From an uncultured virus (IMG/VR IMGVR_UViG_2061766007_000276) (taxonomy: Duplodnaviria; Heunggongvirae; Uroviricota; Caudoviricetes): a stretch of DNA of 64,000 bases. The stretch lies in IMG/VR virus record IMGVR_UViG_2061766007_000276, one strand, 5' to 3'. Positions 59,736 to 64,000 of this stretch are shown piece after piece; position 1 is the first letter of the stretch, and the number at the start of each line of letters is the position of its first letter. A model generated the notes under the pieces. That model did not search any database. It saw nothing but the letters and a program-made list of their open reading frames with translations, and was not told where the DNA came from. The translations under genes were made by a program, and so were the position numbers.

Positions 59736-59864
59736 GTACGTAAGCTATTGGAGGCATACGGTAATATTATACCCGAGCCCGGTCAACGGCGTTTGCACGC
59801 CCCTCGGCCTGGGCGCGGCGAAACCGGTGCCTCTAGGCTTTTCGCGGATATTTCAACCCGCATT

Positions 59865-59972
59865 ACGACGAGAGAGCTCGAATCCCGTGCGGAACCTGCA
59901 TATGGAGTGAAAGGGGACGGGGAGGTGCCGAACCGGCCGCGTGGTATTCCGTCGAGTATATTTTTTTTTTCG
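59865..59972 (+). ncRNA. Candidate small structured RNA or structured leader upstream of dUTPase
   Basis: Follows the motif at 59842. GAATCCCGTGCGG (59880-92) pairs with CCGCGTGGTATTC (59937-49); ends in a run of 10 T. Confidence 0.45.
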
Positions 59973-59989
59973 AGAAGGGAGAACCTGAC

Positions 59990-60412
59990 ATGGAATGGAC
60001 GATCTTGGACATCAAGGCAGAGGACGAGAAACTCGTGCCCCAGCACGCCAACGAGGGTGACGCGGGCCTGGACCTCAGGGCCAAGGAACCCGCGCTCATC
60101 AAGCCGGGAAAGACGGTGATGGTCGGGACCGGCCTTAAGATGGCGATCCCAGAGGGATATTTCGGGATGGTGGTCCCGAGGAGCGGCCTGGCGGCCAAGC
60201 ACGGCATAACCCTGGCAAACACTCCGGGCATCGTCGATTCCGGCTACAGGGGGGAGGTCAAGCTCCCTCTTCACAATTTGAGCAGTCGCCCTTATGCGGT
60301 CGACGAGGGGGAACGCGTGGCCCAGATGATCCTGGTGCCGTATATTTCGGCGAGATGCCGGCAGGTCGTCGACCTAGGGGAGACCGAACGCGGAAGCGGC
60401 GGGTTCGGATCC
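59990..60412 (+). CDS. dut: dUTPase (trimeric type; stop codon probably in the N gap)
   Basis: GDAGLDL, PRSG, GIVDSGYRGE, RVAQM, RGSGGFGS. Confidence 0.95.
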
Positions 60413-60440
60413 NNNNNNNNNNNNNNNNNNNNNNNNNNNN

Positions 60441-60815
60441 GATTGGAACGCCGTCCGAGGAACTTGCCGGTTCTTCTGGGGCACTGAGGACTGGCCACAC
60501 GCGAATCAGAGGGACGGATATTGCTACTGCGCCAAGAGGGGCTTCAACTTCGGATACGGGGATGATCCGGTCTCGTGCGAGGGATGCGGGCAGATGCTTC
60601 CCATCACCAGGACCAACCTGGAAGCCGTCGTGGCTTCGGATCCGGACTACGTGGCGAACATCCTGGCCGGGCAACGCGTTTGCGAACAGTGCGCCAACGA
60701 GGAGGCATGCGAGCTCCTCGAGATAGAGCCCGACGACAGGACATGCTTCGAGGGGAACCTGGCCTGGCTGAAATCGCCGGAGGAAGCGTCGAAGGTCGGG
60801 AAGCTCCTCCAGTAG
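60441..60815 (+). CDS. Cys-rich hypothetical protein (start lies in the N gap)
   Basis: Frame open from the gap: DWNAVRGTCRFF...CYC...CEGC...CEQC. Confidence 0.55.
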   Translation, partial: DWNAVRGTCRFFWGTEDWPHANQRDGYCYCAKRGFNFGYGDDPVSCEGCGQMLPITRTNLEAVVASDPDYVANILAGQRVCEQCANEEACELLEIEPDDRTCFEGNLAWLKSPEEASKVGKLLQ

Positions 60816-60870
60816 TTTCGCGTGCATTTGTCAACCCCCAGGTAGGTTCGCGATTTTTTCAACCCGCTAG

Positions 60871-60959
60871 ATGGAAGGAGAGACCGACTGTATCGGTACG
60901 AGCGTTTGATCGAACGCAACGTATGCGGTGTAGCCGGTCTTTTTATTTTTTTTCTCCAT
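60871..60959 (+). ncRNA. Candidate rod-like hairpin RNA in an ORF-less cassette
   Basis: Follows the motif at 60848. Nested ATGGA/TCCAT, AGACCG/CGGTCT, CTGTATCG/CGGTGTAG, GTACG/CGTAT and GCGTTT/GAACGC. Confidence 0.55.
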
Positions 60960-60985
60960 TTGTCATTCGAGGAAAGGAGCTTACG

Positions 60986-61279
60986 ATGGAGAGGTCTGTT
61001 TGGGGTTTCAAGATCACGTACTCGAACGCGGACGCGACGTGGATAATGCGCGACGGGTGGATGGCGTTGCTGGAGGACGTGATGTTCCGCACGAGGCAGG
61101 AGGCCGTGGATGCGCTGTTCCGATGCGTGGCGTTGGAGGACAGGACATACTCGAAATGCCTGCACGATGCGGAAGCCGAGAGATACGGAAACGATCCGGA
61201 CTCATTCGTCTTGGAGTCTACGGACGGATATCTGTTCTCGACGATGGTGGACCTTTACGACAAGGTCCTGGTCGCTTAG
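60986..61279 (+). CDS. Hypothetical protein
   Basis: SD GAAAGGAG; 97 aa. Confidence 0.7.
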   Translation: MERSVWGFKITYSNADATWIMRDGWMALLEDVMFRTRQEAVDALFRCVALEDRTYSKCLHDAEAERYGNDPDSFVLESTDGYLFSTMVDLYDKVLVA

Positions 61280-61294
61280 GGAAAGGAGCGCGAC

Positions 61295-62497
61295 ATGCCG
61301 TACATAGTAAACGTCTACACCGGGACGAACCTGCAGAGAACTCACAGGACCCAGTCCCCGATATTCGATTCCAAGGAGCAGGCGAAAGCGTGGGCCGAGT
61401 TAGACTCGTGCATACTGCTACCGGAGGGCGAGTTCGAATGGCACGCGGGGGATATTTACTCGGCTGGGATCTGCCTTCTCCGCATGGTGCCGATGGATTG
61501 GTATTACGTGGAGTACGAGGTGACGGAGATACGGAAGGCCCGTAGGGGACCCGACGGCAAGGACGACAAGTATCTCGTCTTTCCAAACGTGACCTTGTGG
61601 GTGGACGATGACGGGGAGAACCTGTGCCTCCCCCTGGACGAGGAGGACGCCAAGCTGGCTGCGCAAGGTGGATATTCCGTGAAGTTCTCGGACGACCATG
61701 ATTCCTGGTTCGTCCCGCTGGAACCCGCGATCCCGGCGTTCAAGAAGTACGCCTTCGAGATGGCCGACTTCTACTCGTATCGTGACTGCCTTACCAAGGA
61801 TGACCTGGCGGATATCTTCGAACAGGGAACCGGCATCGAGGCGTCTTCCGTGAAGGCGAAGGTGCTCTCGTACAGGAAGTCCGCAGAGTACTCGGGAACC
61901 GGGAAGGAAGTCCGGTTCAAGAGGCTGCACCCCGTTGCGATATCCTTGAAGCAACAAGAGAAGGACGAAGCACAGGACGTGAAGGACCCAGTTGGCCTTT
62001 CGCCGCAACAGGTGCCCCAAATAGTGAACCTGGCTCCTTCCAAGGAGAAAGCCAAACGCGATTTCAGTGAGTTCTACGAGGCCGCCGCAGAACTCGGGTC
62101 CGACGTAGGCTTGCCGCTCCGTGCGAGGAATTGCCTGTTCAGGGGTGGGCTTTTAGATGCTTGGCCGGATATCGACCTGGACGATCTGCAATACATACGC
62201 AAATGCGGTCCGAAGACGAAGGAACTGATACGGAAGGCACACGAGATAGCGAAGGCCGCCGAAGGAAAGGAGACTGAGATGCTGGTGGACGAGATCTACA
62301 TAGAGCGTACGGACGCGGAATCGGAGAAGGCGATATTCGTGGCGTGCCTGAACGAGCCGACTTGCCTGAACACGTCTATCCAAGGCAAGGGAGACGGCCA
62401 CTGGGTCGTGATGGTCGGATGGGCGAGCCAGGAAGACCGGGACCGGTTCAAGGAATCACTGGAGGAGAGGTTCCCGGGATGGACGACCTGGAGGTAG
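61295..62497 (+). CDS. Multidomain protein with an RNA polymerase alphaCTD-like domain
   Basis: VGLPLRARNCLFRGG...DLQYIRKCGPKTKELI parallels the alphaCTD pattern LxxRxxNCLxxxG...GxKSxxE[IV]. Confidence 0.65.
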   Translation: MPYIVNVYTGTNLQRTHRTQSPIFDSKEQAKAWAELDSCILLPEGEFEWHAGDIYSAGICLLRMVPMDWYYVEYEVTEIRKARRGPDGKDDKYLVFPNVTLWVDDDGENLCLPLDEEDAKLAAQGGYSVKFSDDHDSWFVPLEPAIPAFKKYAFEMADFYSYRDCLTKDDLADIFEQGTGIEASSVKAKVLSYRKSAEYSGTGKEVRFKRLHPVAISLKQQEKDEAQDVKDPVGLSPQQVPQIVNLAPSKEKAKRDFSEFYEAAAELGSDVGLPLRARNCLFRGGLLDAWPDIDLDDLQYIRKCGPKTKELIRKAHEIAKAAEGKETEMLVDEIYIERTDAESEKAIFVACLNEPTCLNTSIQGKGDGHWVVMVGWASQEDRDRFKESLEERFPGWTTWR

Positions 62498-62523
62498 GCG
62501 GATATTCGAGAAAGGGGCAAGGA

Positions 62524-62670
62524 ATGGAACAAGCCATAGACTGCATCTACTGGGGGATATTCTTCGACGACGAGGAAGTCCTGCCCGGTCTACGCCAAGC
62601 CGGGCGATGCTGGAATGGACCTCGTCAGCATGGAAGGTTCGGGTCCACGGGGGAAGGAGCAGGGAGATGA
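62524..62670 (+). CDS. Small hypothetical protein
   Basis: 48 aa, ATGA overlap with the next ORF; weak support. Confidence 0.4.
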   Translation: MEQAIDCIYWGIFFDDEEVLPGLRQAGRCWNGPRQHGRFGSTGEGAGR

Positions 62671-63095
62671 CGAAGCCGAAAAGGGCGTTGGATGTCGCAT
62701 ATTTGTGCGACGGTAAGAAGGAGCAATGCGAGGGTAGCGCCGGGTGCTACTGGCAGAACTACGGTGAGTGCAAATGGACGTCGGATATCTCGCATGCCAG
62801 GAACTTCATCCCGGTGCACATCGACGACACCATAATGCGGTACGCGGAGAAGGACCGTTTCGACTCCGTATCGTACGAGTACCACCTCGTCTCGGAAACC
62901 GAGGATGAGTGCAAGAAGATCGCGACGTCGTTCCACAACAAGCTCGTGGGTAACCTGGACTACGTGGAGAACCGCATAATCGTGAACTGCGATGCGAACG
63001 AGCTGACGTTGACCGTCTTCTACGACTCGTTTACGAAGGTGCGGGTGCAGAACGACAGCCGGGGATTCCCGAAGCTGGTGCTCTGGGACAAGTAA
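62667..63095 (+). CDS. Hypothetical protein with N-terminal Cys/His motif
   Basis: YLCDGKKEQCEGSAGC...GECKWTSDISHARNF. Confidence 0.7.
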   Translation: MTKPKRALDVAYLCDGKKEQCEGSAGCYWQNYGECKWTSDISHARNFIPVHIDDTIMRYAEKDRFDSVSYEYHLVSETEDECKKIATSFHNKLVGNLDYVENRIIVNCDANELTLTVFYDSFTKVRVQNDSRGFPKLVLWDK

Positions 63096-63119
63096 GGATA
63101 TTTCGAGGAAGGAGCGAGA

Positions 63120-63452
63120 ATGGGCAGGGTAGTCAGAGTTCTGCTGGCTATGTCGGTATTGGCCTTCTCCATATTCGTTTCCGCGGGCTGTTCCAAGTCC
63201 GGGGACGAAGCCGACAATAGGTACGGCCCGTTCGCAGAGGAGCCGTGCGAGCAGGTGGTCGTCCTATACGGGGACGATGGCAAGGAGATACGGCGCTGGA
63301 CTGGCTCCATTGCGATATCTTCGAGCAAAGACGGCATGGTCAAGTTCTACTGCGACGACGTGAGGACGATGATCTACGGGGGAACCGTAGTAGTGGTTCA
63401 GGAAAGGAGCGAGGATGGGCCGGATATTCGAGCTGGATCCTCTGGGGCCTGA
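63120..63452 (+). CDS. Putative lipoprotein
   Basis: Signal-like N-terminus ending SAG-C. Confidence 0.6.
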   Translation: MGRVVRVLLAMSVLAFSIFVSAGCSKSGDEADNRYGPFAEEPCEQVVVLYGDDGKEIRRWTGSIAISSSKDGMVKFYCDDVRTMIYGGTVVVVQERSEDGPDIRAGSSGA

Positions 63453-64000
63453 CGGATCGACTTTGTACGGCAACCCCACGTTCGAGTTCGAGCCTGGGGT
63501 GANNNNNNNNNNNGCGCGGGGAAGACGACGCTGATGGCCGACATCCAGTACGAGCTGAAAGCCCTGGATATTCCCTACGCCAGGCACTATGTCCACGAGG
63601 CGAAGCAGAAGCTGTCCTACAGGGCTTCCGTCGCGGGAGGAAGCGCATTCATGGACTACGCTGGCAGCGTCTTCGCCAGCGAGGGAGAGGGGATATCCAG
63701 GAGGTTCCAGATCCTGCTGCGGGACGTAGGCCATTTCGTCCTATCGGAATGTTCCGGCAAGGAGGAATGCTGGGTGTTCTTCGACTCGCTGGATTCCGGC
63801 CTGTCGGCGGACATGATGCAGGAGATCGTCGAGTTCCTCCAGGACATGGTGGGCGAGANNNNNNNNNNNNNNNNNNNNNNNNNNNNNNNNNNNNTGGCAG
63901 TCAACTCGTTCGAATTCGCCCGCGCCTTCGACTGCCTGGACGTGCAGACGGCGAAGCACCTGCGGTTTGACGATTACGACGACTACGTGTCTTTCGTCAA
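63415..64000 (+). CDS. ABC-type ATPase (partial; N gaps; runs off the window)
   Basis: SD GAAAGGAG, Walker A ..AGKTT, signature-like SEGE, Walker B/D-loop WVFFDSLDSGLS. Confidence 0.8.

Larger units (their letters stand above)
54007..60873 (+). promoter_or_regulatory. Dispersed promoter-like motif (T/C)CGC-N8(AT-rich)-CA-N9-A(C/T)(G/A), at least 14 copies
   Basis: Copies start at 54007, 55180, 55544, 55882, 56082, 56530, 56795, 57518, 58006, 58308, 58792, 59167, 59540, 59842 and 60848, with probably one more in the gap 57173-57200. Example: TCGCATATTTTTCACCCCCTTTTACG. Each coding copy ends ~25-35 nt before the start codon, with an SD in between. Confidence 0.85.

Noticed and set aside
54007..60873. 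Cassette array as a CRISPR array or classical integron
   Set aside because: The repeats are degenerate, non-palindromic and separated by whole genes. I saw no attC-type GTTRRRY boxes and no integrase in the window.
1..64000. tRNA, rRNA, integrase or transposase genes
   Set aside because: None recognised by eye. A tRNAscan-SE or HMM search would be needed to exclude them.

Overview
This 64-kb scaffold has many N gaps and comes from a GC-rich, long-tailed siphovirus genome. Essentially all credible genes are on the + strand. The host is probably Gram-positive, possibly a gut or rumen actinobacterium; this is inferred from GC content, AGAAAGGAG Shine-Dalgarno sites and a CW_7 endolysin. 0.2-36.5 kb holds packaging and virion genes: small terminase-like gene, HNH, TerL, portal, a protease-scaffold-capsid polyprotein, tail genes, a ~2440-aa tape measure, tail-tip proteins and two large LRR-repeat fibre genes. 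36.5-39.7 kb holds a Cys-rich CXXX-repeat protein, a partner protein and a radical SAM/SPASM maturase. 39.9-55.2 kb holds holins, accessory fibre/adhesin genes, a GT2 glycosyltransferase, a CHAP+GH25+CW_7 endolysin and small late genes. 54-61 kb is an array of small self-contained transcription cassettes, followed by dUTPase, an alphaCTD-like protein and an ABC-type ATPase. The most notable observations are: (1) in all 13 motif-led coding cassettes I checked, the 5' leader is complementary to the region around that cassette's own stop codon, with different sequences each time and G-U pairs, suggesting closed-loop mRNAs; (2) a fixed-geometry promoter-like motif precedes these cassettes and also three ORF-less structured RNA candidates; (3) a family of basic proteins shares an N-terminal F(T)FEDGS..L-x-H leader whose L-x-H also recurs through the capsid scaffold, suggesting a capsid-targeting and protease-processing system; (4) a phage-borne radical SAM cluster with a ~78-Cys substrate sits in the tail module; (5) a structured RNA candidate with tandem anti-Shine-Dalgarno sequences lies upstream of the packaging genes. 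No database searches were run. Family names are from motif recognition and memory, and all pairings and counts were made by eye.
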